From positions 1,170,001 through 1,202,000 of the forward strand of contig CP042461.1 of the NCBI GenBank assembly GCA_004563595.2: a stretch of 32,000 bases of DNA. Reading direction: 5' to 3'. The position numbers and the translations under genes were made by a program. Shown here one piece after another: positions 10,176 to 21,100 of the stretch. The number at the start of each line of letters is the position of its first letter. Position 1 is the stretch's first letter. The DNA is from Candidatus Saccharimonadota bacterium. Lineage in GTDB: Bacteria > Patescibacteriota > Gracilibacteria > BD1-5 > UBA6164. The notes under the pieces are model-generated. The model was given only the letters and a program-made list of their open reading frames with translations. It did not search any database and had not been told where the DNA came from.

Positions 10176-10205
10176 AATAAAATATGTATATAATTTTTCT
10201 TTTGC

Positions 10206-11792
10206 ATGATAGATAATAAAGCATTTACCCTCGTAGAGCTCATAGTATGAATTACACTTTCACTTATATTGATGATGAGTGTTTCTTTATTTGTTTCATC
10301 TGGAATGCAAAATATCCTCACGCAACAAAAAGTAATTGATGAGAGTTCTCATTTCATAGAAAATACAGCTCGTTTTCAAAACTTCTTTCATCTGATAGAT
10401 TCATCAATCTTTATCCCTACAACAACAGCCTCATGAGTTATTTTTAAGATAAACAAAGAGTATTCATCTTGAGGTTTTGCTTATTTTTGAGAAGAGACTC
10501 TTTCATGATCATATTGTCTATCAGATAGTGAAACTCCTGAGACAAATCATGTCTTTCTTAAAACGTTTATTCCATTTGAGGAACAATGAGAAGATATTTT
10601 TAGTAATTTTAAACAGACGCTGACTGGATCGATTATTGTATGACTTGATACATATATTTCTGATCAAAAACATCATACTGTTTCTAAGAACTGAGATATT
10701 ATTATATGAAAGGGCATTTTTTGAGACCAATTTATAGACTGAGTATCCGGAACTGGAATATACCTGAACTCTCCTACTGGACTTGCACATGATGGAATAA
10801 ACTTATATATTTCAGATACATTAAATAATAGAATATTATATTTAGATTCATCAAATACAATGCATGTTTTACTTGATGAAAAAGATGGATTATCCGAACC
10901 AACGGGGTTATATTTTTCAAACAACTCTCTCTATATTGCAAACTCTGCAAAGTGAGAAATCCTTGAGTATTCATCATGAGATTCTGACAAAAAAATGAAT
11001 ATTAAATTTGCTATTAATAAAACAATTAATGATGTAAGAAATGTAAGTCTGGAATTTTTATCGTGAGCAATAAACATCACTGAGCCAGATAATACAAATG
11101 ACTTTGCTTTTGTTGGAATAAATAAAAATATATGAAATGATTATCTCTCTGGATCAACAAATCAACTCTTGTACTATTTTTCTGACTTTTGAAATAACTA
11201 TTCTACTCAAACAAATCAACTTTGCTCATGAACTGGACCATTTTATAATATGGATTCTTGAGAGCTTATAAAAGAAACCTTTGATAGTTGTAGTGGGACA
11301 TGAACCCTTCGAAAATGGAGGAATAGTACTATTCAAAATATACCATCCTGAACAACTATAGAAATTAACACATCTAACGATACAGCATGATCATGACCTT
11401 GAAATACTGGAAGCTATTATACTCATACAATTATTTCATGAGCAACAGATACTTACGAAAGGTATGATTATCTATTTACTGTATGAGATGATAACCTTAC
11501 TACAAAAGATGATAACAATCTCAGCATCTATTCAAGTTGATTAAATTACCCAACGTGAATATGGTGAACATGAATCAGTGATTACAACTCCTTTTCCCCT
11601 TGAATTCAAAATCTTCCATTTTCAAAAGATTATGATACTCTTTTGAATTCTCCATTAGAGTCCCTTAATCTGACTCTTGATAATACAAATAAATTATTCA
11701 CAGCAATTATTAAATATTATAGAGTCTATAATTGTTATAACCCCGATGAAAAAAACATGAAGACTTGGGTTTTAAAGAAAAATTTGAAGTAA
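10206..11792 (+). CDS. prepilin-type N-terminal cleavage/methylation domain protein with NHL-like repeats
   Basis: ATG 10206, TAA 11790-11792 (529 codons, many in-frame TGA). N-terminus MIDNKAFTLVELIVGITLSLILMM is a class III signal. Internal GLAHDGINLYISDTLNNRILYLD and PTGLYFSNNSLYIANSAKGEILEY look like NHL repeats. Confidence 0.75.
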
Positions 11793-11807
11793 TTATTTTT
11801 TATTGTA

Positions 11808-11816
11808 TGATATAAT
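11808..11816 (+). promoter_or_regulatory. extended -10 element (TGaTATAAT)
   Basis: The sequence tgatataat lies 29 nt upstream of ATG 11845. Pattern match only. Confidence 0.3.
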
Positions 11817-11844
11817 ATATAAATACTCCTCCTTATCCTAAACA

Positions 11845-12774
11845 ATGCCAAATATAGACCTCCACTTCCATACTCAACTTTCAGATTGAGCAAATAACAA
11901 TGAAGAAATAATTGAAACTGCACACAAAGAAAAAATATCTTTTCTATGTGCGACTGAACATGATATAGTAAATTTGAAATTAAGGGATTTAGCTGAAAGT
12001 GAATGAATTGATAGTTGTGAATGAGTTGAAATCTCAGCATGTAATTATGACACTCAAAAACACCTTCACCTTCCCTGTTATACAAATCAATTTTCTACTC
12101 AAACGCATATTATACTTGAGTGAGTGAGAGAAGCGAGAAAGAAAAAAATCTCAAAACAAATTGAGCTATTGCAATCTCAAGGCTTTCATATAAATGAAAT
12201 TGATTTCATCAAATATTTTACAGACTTATGAGTAAATACTGCGAATCTTAATAATTATCACCTATCTTACTATATATATTTATCCAAAGATAATACAGAT
12301 CTTTTAGAAAGCATCCTTCATTTAAAACTCGATCAAATAGGTTTTTTAAAAGAATGTTTACGTCAATCAGGAAAATTTGGTGAAATTTGAAGTGTTCAGG
12401 TGGAAAATTATGAACCTGCTATTGAAGAAGCTGGGAAAATAGCATCTGATAATTTTTGAGTACTTTCTATTGCTCACCCTAATTTTTCTTTTTCAGATGA
12501 ATGAACTCATGGTTTTATAGAATCCTTCTCTGATTATCATGACAGATGAGTAAATGCAATAGAAATTAATGCTCTTGCATCTCCTGAGTGGATTGAAGCT
12601 ATACTAAAAATTCAGAAAAAATTTAATCTTATACTTACTTTCTGAAGTGATTGTCATGAAATCTGAAAAAGGGATAAAAAACATTGAAGTTTATGAGATA
12701 TAAACCCTCATATTGATCAAGACTTTATAAAAGCTCACTTTAAGGTTTTTCATAAGAAAGTATTTTGATACTAA
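11845..12774 (+). CDS. PHP-domain metal-dependent phosphoesterase
   Basis: MPNIDLHFHTQLSDGA (PHP motif I), CATEHD, LSIAHP, TFGSDCH. TAA at 12772-12774. Confidence 0.8.
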
Positions 12775-12804
12775 AAAACTAGAAGCTTAAGCTTCTAGTT
12801 TTTC
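12775..12804. terminator. bidirectional intrinsic terminator (perfect 10-bp palindrome)
   Basis: aaaaaCTAGAAGCTTAAGCTTCTAGttttt sits between convergent genes. The GT4 stop codon lies inside the stem. Confidence 0.75.
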
Positions 12805-13905
12805 TTCTACAAATTTCAATATCTTCTCTTTAAATATCTCTTTATCAAACCCTTCAGCATATTTTCTAATCTCTTTTGAATCAAAAGTCATCTCCTCAAA
12901 GTTTTCTATTGCTTTATTCAGAGAATTGCTTGTTTGTTGTCTAAAAAATATCCCCGTCTTTCACTCTACGACTGTTTCTAATGCTCATCATTTCCCATAT
13001 GCTATTACCGGCGTACCACAAGCCATTGCTTCAAGAGGTACAATTCAGAAGTCTTCTTCTGGTGGAAACAAAAAAGCTCGTGCTTTTCCAAATAATTGGA
13101 CGATCTCTTCTCTTGGAATATCCAGTTTCCATTCAATATTTGCCCCCGAAATTGACTCTAGATCTTTCTGTAATTTATTTTTTGTATTTGTGACAACTAC
13201 TAATTTTTTTCCACTTTTATTAAAAGCCTCTATCAATAAATCAAACTTTTTATATGGAATACATCTTCACACATATAAATAAAAATCCTCTTTATTTTCT
13301 TGAAGTTGAAACTGAGAAATATCTATACATGGCATAATAACCTCTGCTTCCCTTTTATAATATTTTTCAATTCTGTTTTTTGTATTTCTTGAATTAGCGA
13401 TAAAAAAATCTGGTCTCTGCGCTGCACAATAATCCCATGACCTTAATTTATGAACGAGCTTTGGCATCAAATACTTTCAAACAAAATTGAGCATTCCAAA
13501 CTCCATCATACTTAAGTATTCATGATAATGTGACCAAAAATACCTCGTTGGAGTGTGGCAATAACAAATCTGCAAACAGTCTGGTTTTGTGATCACTCAT
13601 TTACTCTCTGCACTGGTTGATGAAATTACAATATCATATTCGCTCAGATCAAAGCTTTCAAATGCAAGTGGCCTCAAGGTCAGTGCTAACTTATGAGATT
13701 TATTTAAAAATGGTATTTTTTGTATAAATGAAGTAGTAATTTTCCTTCATGTAAAAATAGGGTTCTCTTGTTGCAAAAAAACTGACGTAAAAATATCAGC
13801 TTCTGGAAAGGCCTCCAAAAGTTGCTCTAATACAACCTCAGCTCATCACCAATCCTTGATCCAATCGCAAACTATTGCAACTTTTTTATTTTTTAATCTA
13901 TCCAC
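12787..13905 (-). CDS. glycosyltransferase family 4 (GT-B, RfaB-like)
   Basis: This frame links track ORFs 13045..13236 and 13267..13470 through TGA codons. Motifs: [51 protein letters not shown] (EX7E). There is no ATG, so GTG 13905..13903 is assumed (TTG 13920..13918 is possible); an in-frame TAG lies just upstream. TAA at 12789..12787. Confidence 0.8.
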
Positions 13906-13948
13906 TGATCCTCTTATCAAATATTTATAACAGTGTAACTATTATAAC

Positions 13949-13983
13949 AAAAAAATAAAGACAATCTCTGTCTTTATTTTTTT
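13949..13983 (-). terminator. intrinsic terminator
   Basis: AATAAAGACAatctcTGTCTTTATT is a 10-bp stem flanked by an A-run and a T-run, just past the stop at 13988-13990. Confidence 0.6.
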
Positions 13984-13987
13984 ATAT

Positions 13988-14392
13988 CTAGGCTGCTTTT
14001 CTTAATCATTCCTCATCTATATCCATTCCTGTTGTTTGCAAAATTTTTGCACATATTTTAAAGGCTTCACACCCTGTAGGCTCACCTTCTCACGGATTTT
14101 CGTAGACACATTCATTTGCTTGGGCAATTTTTGCCACCTCTTCAAACTTTCAGGTTCTGCATGATTTATTAAGTTCAAATACTATTCATTTTTTTTCAGA
14201 TCACGGATCTATTCATAATTTATCTAATGTCTTACTTTCCCTGAGTCCCCTAAAAAACTTCCCACGTATTACATTATCAAATTTTATACCAACCATAAAG
14301 TTATAGTCATCTACTATTTTTTGTACTGATTCATCAAGCTTACATGATTCAATTTGATTTATAACTCTTCATTCTAGATTTTCTGGGATCAC
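13988..14392 (-). CDS. hypothetical Cys-containing protein
   Basis: Open frame from an upstream TAA to TAG 13990..13988. There is no ATG, so GTG 14392..14390 is assumed. Product: MIPENLEGRVINQIESCKLDES...ANECVYENPGEGEPTGCEAFKICAKIL. No family recognised. Confidence 0.45.
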
Positions 14393-14473
14393 AATTTGAT
14401 ATTTATAATATATTTTTGTATTTCATATTTATTCTCTATAATCATATCATAATGCTCCCGTAATTACAAAAAT

Positions 14474-15280
14474 ATGAAAATATTTAATATCAATTTAGAC
14501 AGACTCAAATACAAAGATTTTTTTAGGAAAATTACAAAATTTGAAAAGCAAAATATTGTTTTTACTCCAAACCCCGAAATACTTTTAAAAACAAAATCTG
14601 ACAAAGAATTTTGAGATTTACTGAAAGAATCTGACTTCCTTACTCCTGATGGAATTGGTCTTTATATTGCTTTTCAAATTCTTGCAGAGAAAAATACTCT
14701 TTTTAAATATATAAAACTCCCCTATTATTTTTTCAATTTATTTTTCAGAAGACAATATTTATATAAACAATTTTGAGATAGAATTTGTGGATCAGACCTT
14801 ACAAAAGATGTATTACAATTTGCACAAAAAAATAAAATAAAAATAACAATTATAGATTTGTATAATCCTACTGATACAAAAAAGGTAGAATCTCAAGAAA
14901 TATTTTCTGATACATTAAAGTCTAAATTTCCTGAGCTTACATTTGATTATTTCATATATAATCCCGAACATAAAGATTCTATTTTAAAGAAAATCCAAAA
15001 GTCAGAAAGTAAGGTTCTTTTTTCTACTCTTGGAATGAAAAAACAAGAAGAATCTGTAATTGAAATAATAGGAAAGTGTAAAAATATCAAATTATGACTT
15101 GGAATATGAAGTAGTTTTGACTATATCATTTGATTCCAAAAACGAGCCCCTACTTTATTCAGAAAACTTTGACTAGAGTGGCTCTATCGACTTATTACTG
15201 GACCAAGAAAAATTGATAGATTAAAAAGAATTTGGAACGCAATTTTTATATTTACTTATACAATTCTGAGAGAAAAATAA
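14474..15280 (+). CDS. WecB/TagA/CpsF family glycosyltransferase
   Basis: ATG 14474 is in frame with track ORF 14858..15097. Motifs: FTPNPEILL, LTPDGIGL, LGIGSSFDYIIGFQKRAP, GLEWLYRLITGPRKIDR. TAA at 15278-15280. Confidence 0.85.
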
Positions 15281-15454
15281 TAAAAAAGATTTGATTTTAT
15301 TTCAAAATCTTATATAAAGAAAGCATATATCACGTAACGAGATTTCATATGAAAACTTGGAATACATATTTTTATTTTTATTTTTTCTTTATAAACGAGA
15401 AGGATGTATTTTTGTGATAAGTAAAATATTTTAAAACATATTTGAAGCAAAAGA

Positions 15455-15490
15455 GTCCTTTTCAAAACATTGAAAATGGCTCTTTTTTTA
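15455..15490 (+). terminator. intrinsic terminator-like hairpin
   Basis: CCTTTTCAAaacaTTGAAAATGGctcttttttt is a 9-bp stem with one bulge plus a T-run. It shares the ttgaaaatggct arm with the hairpin at 4572. Confidence 0.5.
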
Positions 15491-15514
15491 ATTTTATATA
15501 ATAAACAATGAATT

Positions 15515-16012
15515 ATGAATACTAAACCTAAAAATCACTGAAGTCATGTAATAGAAATCTGATTACCCTGACTTGAATGAAATATAAGCAATACGAACCC
15601 TCAAACAAATTCTGTAATATTTGCAAACAAAGAAAAGTGTGGAAATATAATCCAAGAACCTGCATACACTCTCTTAAGCATGATTGAGAGTTGATGATAT
15701 ACCCTGAATGAAAGAAAGAATCAAAAAAGGGAAATCATAACGGGGAAAGGATCAGAATTACATCTCCATTATTTAGCAGCATTCAAACTTACAAATTGAA
15801 CGGAAGAAATAGAGTTCGATTTATTATTCCCTCCTCATACAAATGAGGATTTTATACTCATGATAGGCTGAAAACCTTATAAAATGGAACCTACACATGA
15901 AATCATGAAAGAAATAAATAAAATCTACCCTACTCCTATCACATATACTGAAACTAAAGAATGAGACATTATTTCCACTCCAGCTCAACTTCATAATTTT
16001 ATGAATAGCTAA
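15515..16012 (+). CDS. hypothetical protein
   Basis: ATG 15515, TAA 16010-16012, 165 aa with several in-frame TGA. Begins MNTKPKNHGSHVIEIGLPGLEG. No family recognised. Confidence 0.55.
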
Positions 16013-16047
16013 AAAAATCTAGATAACACATTACCTCCCTATAAAAA

Positions 16048-17070
16048 ATGACAAATTTAAAACGAAACATAAATCAAAACTCAAATATATCACAAATAAT
16101 GAATGAGTACGGTGATTTTATTTGAACTCAGTTTCATGGAACTACTATAAATTCAGTAGATGAGTTTTCAAAACATATTAATGATACACTAAAAACTGAG
16201 AAGAGAAGCCTGATACCTATCTCTTCATACTCTTGAAGGTGAAAAAGCACATTTGTTGACGACTTAACCGAAGAGTGAATTATTTTACCAAAAAAATGAG
16301 AGGCTATCACAGGGTATGTTGTATGAGATAAAATTGATTCAAAATGATATATTCATGGAAATACTTCTGTATTTCATGCTGAAGCTGATTGGTTTTTTGA
16401 AGCTTTATGACAAGATAGGTACGATCAAATGATGGAAACCTATGAAAATTTTGTAAAATATTATTGAGATGAACAGCACGCTGTATCAGTTATATTAAAA
16501 TTTTTGAATCAGAATAAATACTTTGTAGAAAGGTGAGTCTATGGAAAAACCCAGGACGAGAAAACTAAGAAACAGAAAACTGCAAAATTATTCTTTGATG
16601 AATCTCCTGAAGATAATTCAAGACTTACTATTCTAGACTGAACAAATTCCATTGAAATAGCTAACTTAGTAAAGGATGCTACTTCTCAAAATAAGATTAA
16701 AATTTTAAAAATATTAATTGACCCTTGCCCTGAAACGTCTTTTATGTGAATATTAAAAAGAGATGTTCTTCACTTAGAAAAAGACTTAGATATTGTCTTA
16801 AATTTCAGATTAAAAGAGTTCGCATATATAACGAAAAGATGGATAAAAGAGGCTCTTGAAGATAAAGAAACTCTATTATATGATGATTATGATAGATTTA
16901 ATTATAGCTTTCATCCAAATTTTCTAACCAATGTGATAAGAAAGTTAGAATTACATAAAAAACTCCTTTTATCATCTCTCAAAGAAGAAGACACAAAAGC
17001 ATTTATTGAAGTATTCTCAAATAATTTAATAGAAACTTTTACAAGAATGTTAGATAATAAAAATTCATAA
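16048..17070 (+). CDS. P-loop NTPase/kinase-like hypothetical protein
   Basis: ATG 16048, TAA 17068-17070, 340 aa, 12 in-frame TGA. Walker A-like SSYSGRGKSTFV, where both flanking Gly are TGA. Candidate Walker B LTILDG. Confidence 0.6.
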
Positions 17071-17088
17071 AAATATTAAGAGAATATT

Positions 17089-17116
17089 AAAACCCCTGTC
17101 TATCGACAGGGGTTTT
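17089..17116. terminator. bidirectional intrinsic terminator
   Basis: aaaaCCCCTGTCtatcGACAGGGGtttt sits between convergent genes. Confidence 0.8.
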
Positions 17117-17118
17117 AG

Positions 17119-17535
17119 TTATGCGACCATAGTCAAGAAGTCAGCTCTATTCCAAAATGACGGTTGCTCTCTATGCTCTCGTATGAAATGACGTTTTTCA
17201 TACTTTAGATTTTCTACACCTAAGCATACAAATCTAGCAGCATCTAAATGATTACGCGCAATTACATAATCAATTTTTCGAAGAGGGATATCACCACTTA
17301 CGGCAAATATTTTCTTTGAGCGACTGTTCAGGTTAGTAAACATGCCCAAATATTCCAAAACTATTTTTTTCTCTCCAGCAAACTTAAGCAGGTAAGTAAA
17401 TTCATCTCCTTTTTTATACTTCACACCTTCAGAAAGTACTTCTTCAAGTGTCTTATTCTCTTCCTCCATTTTTGCAATAATTTCTTTCGGAATAACACTT
17501 TTAACGATTTCATTATTAACTGACACCTGAGACAT
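17119..17535 (-). CDS. hypothetical protein (TGA-free, strong SD)
   Basis: This is a complete ORF even under the standard code (138 aa, TAA stop). AAGGAGA lies 6 nt upstream of the ATG. All 6 Gly codons that were checked are GGN, and it uses CGN Arg codons. Confidence 0.7.
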   Translation of the reverse strand: MSQVSVNNEIVKSVIPKEIIAKMEEENKTLEEVLSEGVKYKKGDEFTYLLKFAGEKKIVLEYLGMFTNLNSRSKKIFAVSGDIPLRKIDYVIARNHLDAARFVCLGVENLKYEKRHFIREHREQPSFWNRADFLTMVA

Positions 17536-17636
17536 ACCCTTTCTCCTTTTTATAGAGTTGTTTTACAATATAGTATAATCATTACAGAACTGGACTATAT
17601 AGTTATAAATCTAAATGTCAATATTTTTCATAAACT

Positions 17637-17662
17637 AAAACCACGCTAACGCGTGGTTTTTT
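17637..17662 (-). terminator. intrinsic terminator
   Basis: aaaaCCACGCtaacGCGTGGtttttt lies directly after the TAG at 17663-17665. Confidence 0.8.
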
Positions 17663-18061
17663 CTATGGATTAGAATGTGGGATTAAAACTCTATTAGAGT
17701 CATGCTTTGGAGCTGTTCCTTCCTCTCTATTTGGTTTTAACAAGGCTAACAACTCCTTAGGAGCATCTTTAGCAGTATAACTAAAGCTTATTTCTTCAGA
17801 AAATAAGTGCACAACCACCTCTATCCTATCTTTTGTATACGAGACTCGACTTACTTCGAACTCTTTCTTGATTAATTCATCTATTCCTGGAAACTTGGGT
17901 TTCCCTAATTTTTTATAGATATCACCCTGTTCTATTTTTTCAATAAAACTTTTCCACATTGTTTTTGTTTGTTCAAGCTCTTCATTATATAGGGCCTCCT
18001 GTTTAATTTCATCAAGCATATCAAGCACTGTTGAAGCTTTAGAATTTGTTTTTTTTGCCAT
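17663..18061 (-). CDS. hypothetical protein (TGA-free, strong SD)
   Basis: This is a complete ORF under the standard code (132 aa, TAG stop). GGAGGT lies upstream of the ATG, as tTGGAGGTtagttacaATG. No family recognised. Confidence 0.7.
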   Translation of the reverse strand: MAKKTNSKASTVLDMLDEIKQEALYNEELEQTKTMWKSFIEKIEQGDIYKKLGKPKFPGIDELIKKEFEVSRVSYTKDRIEVVVHLFSEEISFSYTAKDAPKELLALLKPNREEGTAPKHDSNRVLIPHSNP

Positions 18062-18158
18062 TGTAACTAACCTCCAACTTTTAAAGTTAATACAAAACTA
18101 AAATTTAAGTAAGTATATTATATAGATAAAATATATAATATCAATAGACTCAATCAAT

Positions 18159-21100
18159 TTAAAATACCTTTGATCTTTTCAAGATCATACTTGAAAAGAT
18201 GAAAATTAACAAGAATAATAAGAAGTATAGTATCTGAAAATTTGCTTTCATTCATACTATTTCAACGTCATCGGCAAGAGAAGTAATTATAAATGTATTG
18301 CTCTTTTTTTTATTTTTTATCTTTTTTTGAGAAACAATTTCTTTCTTCTTATAGCTTAAAACGGTATTCACGTAATTTTCGTCCAAGGTAACATATGATT
18401 GTTTTTTAATTGCAAAGATTTGTCATACCTGATCTTCAACTCGGAAGCTTACATGAAAGTCTCAAGCTGAAAGATCAGTTATTTTAATAGAATATTTTCA
18501 AGTACTATCAGAAACCGTCATATATTCTTTATTTCACAACAATATAAATATTTTTAAATTTGCTTCTGTATTTCCATATATTTTTAATGATTTTTTTTGT
18601 TTTTTTATCGTTTTTGAGAAATGAACTCTCTTTCTTTTTTCTCACTTTGAAGATATAATCTTTCATGACCCATCCCATAATTGAGAAAAATATTTTTTAC
18701 TATTTTTCATTTGAGATTGAGAAAAAATTGAAATTTTCTTTTCTTTTTTCAATATTTCTTTTTCTACAAAATAGACGAACTGTTTCATATTTATTTGATA
18801 CTCTTCTCATAGAAAAATCTCTTCCTCCTCTTCTTCTATTTCAGCTATAATGACCTTTTCTTCTTGAGCCAGCGCTAACATTTCCTTTTTTATTTCTCAC
18901 TCTGACCAAATTCATATTCTTTGTTTTTTTGCTTTATTTTGTGCTTTTTTAAATTGAACAGAGTATTGGAATGGGAATCTTAGATATGCTCTCGCATATC
19001 ATTTTTCAATTAATAATTTATTAAAAAAAATGTCTTTTTCCTCTTTTCATGGCAGATATACATATCCAAGTAAACGACCATATTTATCTCGATAATTTCT
19101 TACATTTTGTTTTATAACAATATTTTTTCATTCAAGCATCATTTTTGTAAAATTTGATGCCTCTTTTCCATAAAATTGAACTTCTTTTTTTGGATGTTTT
19201 GTCTCAGGTGTATCTACTCCGACAAGACGTAATTTTTCAGTTTTTCCATTCTGATATTTTATGACAATAGTATCTCCATCTACCACTCTCTCGACCATAA
19301 CTTTTTGCTCTGTAAATTCTCAATTATCATGATTCAAAATGTATCATGAAGGCATTTCAAAATCCCAAAACAAAGTATCAATATTAGTGTTATTATATAT
19401 GAGATGTACTTCATCAACCGAATTATTTAAGGTAATATGTGTTTCATTTTTATAAAATCTTCTTATTTTACCTGGATTTAAAAAAGACTCTTTTTTTATT
19501 ACATATTCCCTACTTCCCTTTTTTAAAGTATCATCAATTATGAGTCAGCTAAGATTTAATTTTTGAGTTCAGGTATTTTTTATTTCTATATATTCAAATG
19601 TATCATTCCCATCAGGATTTGCAAGTAGCGCATGTATTTTTAAATTTGAAAATATATTATGATCAATGAAATTTTCTTCTATTGCTCAATTATCTAAGAC
19701 TTCCACAAAAAAAGAATCCTGAGATTCTTCTCAAAACTTATCTCGTACTCGCAGAGTCACTTCATATTTTCAAGTCTCATACCACATTCATGCGGGGTTA
19801 CTCTTATCGCTGCTTATACCATTTCAAAAATCCCAGAAATATCTTAAATTTTCTCGATCAGGATCACTACTCTCAGTTCCAGTAAGATTTATATTACATT
19901 TTTCTACTCATCTGCATACAACTCTATTTTTTTGTATAGATTTTGTTTTTGTTTCTTTTCATTGTAATGTAATTACAGCATTTGGGGCTCTATTATTTTT
20001 TTTTCACATACTTATATATGTGTTTTTAAACTCAAGATTTTTGATTATTATTGTATTATACTTCTTATTATAAATAGTGAGTTGTAGTTTATAATCTCAT
20101 GGCCTATAATAAATAAGTCCTGGATTACAACTAGTAATATACTTTTCCTTCACATTTCATCATCAGAAGTCCCAAATACATCTTTCTTGATAGCTATTTT
20201 GGTATTTAAAGTTCACTTTACAAATCTCACTCCTACAGGTATTATTTTCATCTAAACCTGACTGAATAATAATATTTTTCACTGACTCTATTCGGGAAGT
20301 TCATCATCAAGAGCCTACGTTTCTTTTTACTCACTTCTCTTCTTTAAGAATTATATTTTGGAAAACAATACTTTTCTCGTTATAGTTTTCGTTATTTCCC
20401 TTCTCTAAAATCTTTACAATTATTTCAAAAGTTCAAGTTTCATAATCAATATATCATGGATTACATTTTTGATCCATATTATTGGTTTGATAGCTTCAAG
20501 ATCAAAAAGACCATAAACATTCATAATCTTTCTCTTTCAATTCTCAGGTAAAACTTTTACTTACGTCTAGGTTCACCTTACAATCTTCTTTTATACACTT
20601 CCATATATTTCAAGTTCATGAGTATTCTAAACCACTTTGAATGTCTAATACTATTTCAGGAAGCTTTGCCAGACTTCATGTTTGAATAGTCCCGGTTCAC
20701 ATATCTATTCCCTCCATCTGGAGTGCAATTACTCCAGTTGCAGTTTCTATATCTCAAGTTCATGATTCTATTTGCTCACTTCAATTTTCCTCAATTTGAC
20801 TCCATATATTTTGAATGATTATAGTAGATTTTTTTAAAATTTTATCATTCTCTTTCTCATATATCTTATATTCTATTTCAAATGTTCATGTAGAGTAATT
20901 TACGTATCAAGGATTACATTTTTCTGAAGTATTTTGAGTTTTATAGGTTCATCATCCAAAATTCCATATACATGTATAATTTTTCTCTTGAAACGATCAT
21001 GTAAAAGTGAGACTAAGATCTAGATTTATTTTACATTCTTCTTTTTTACAATTCCATATATTTCAGGTTCATGAATATTCAAGTCCACTTTGAATATCCA

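Noticed and set aside
15349-15420. A 23-codon aromatic micro-ORF (MKTWNTYFYFYFFFINEKDVFLG) between the WecB/TagA-family gene and the next gene.
   Set aside because: It has no ribosome-binding site and its composition follows from a T-rich spacer. It cannot be distinguished from chance without expression data.
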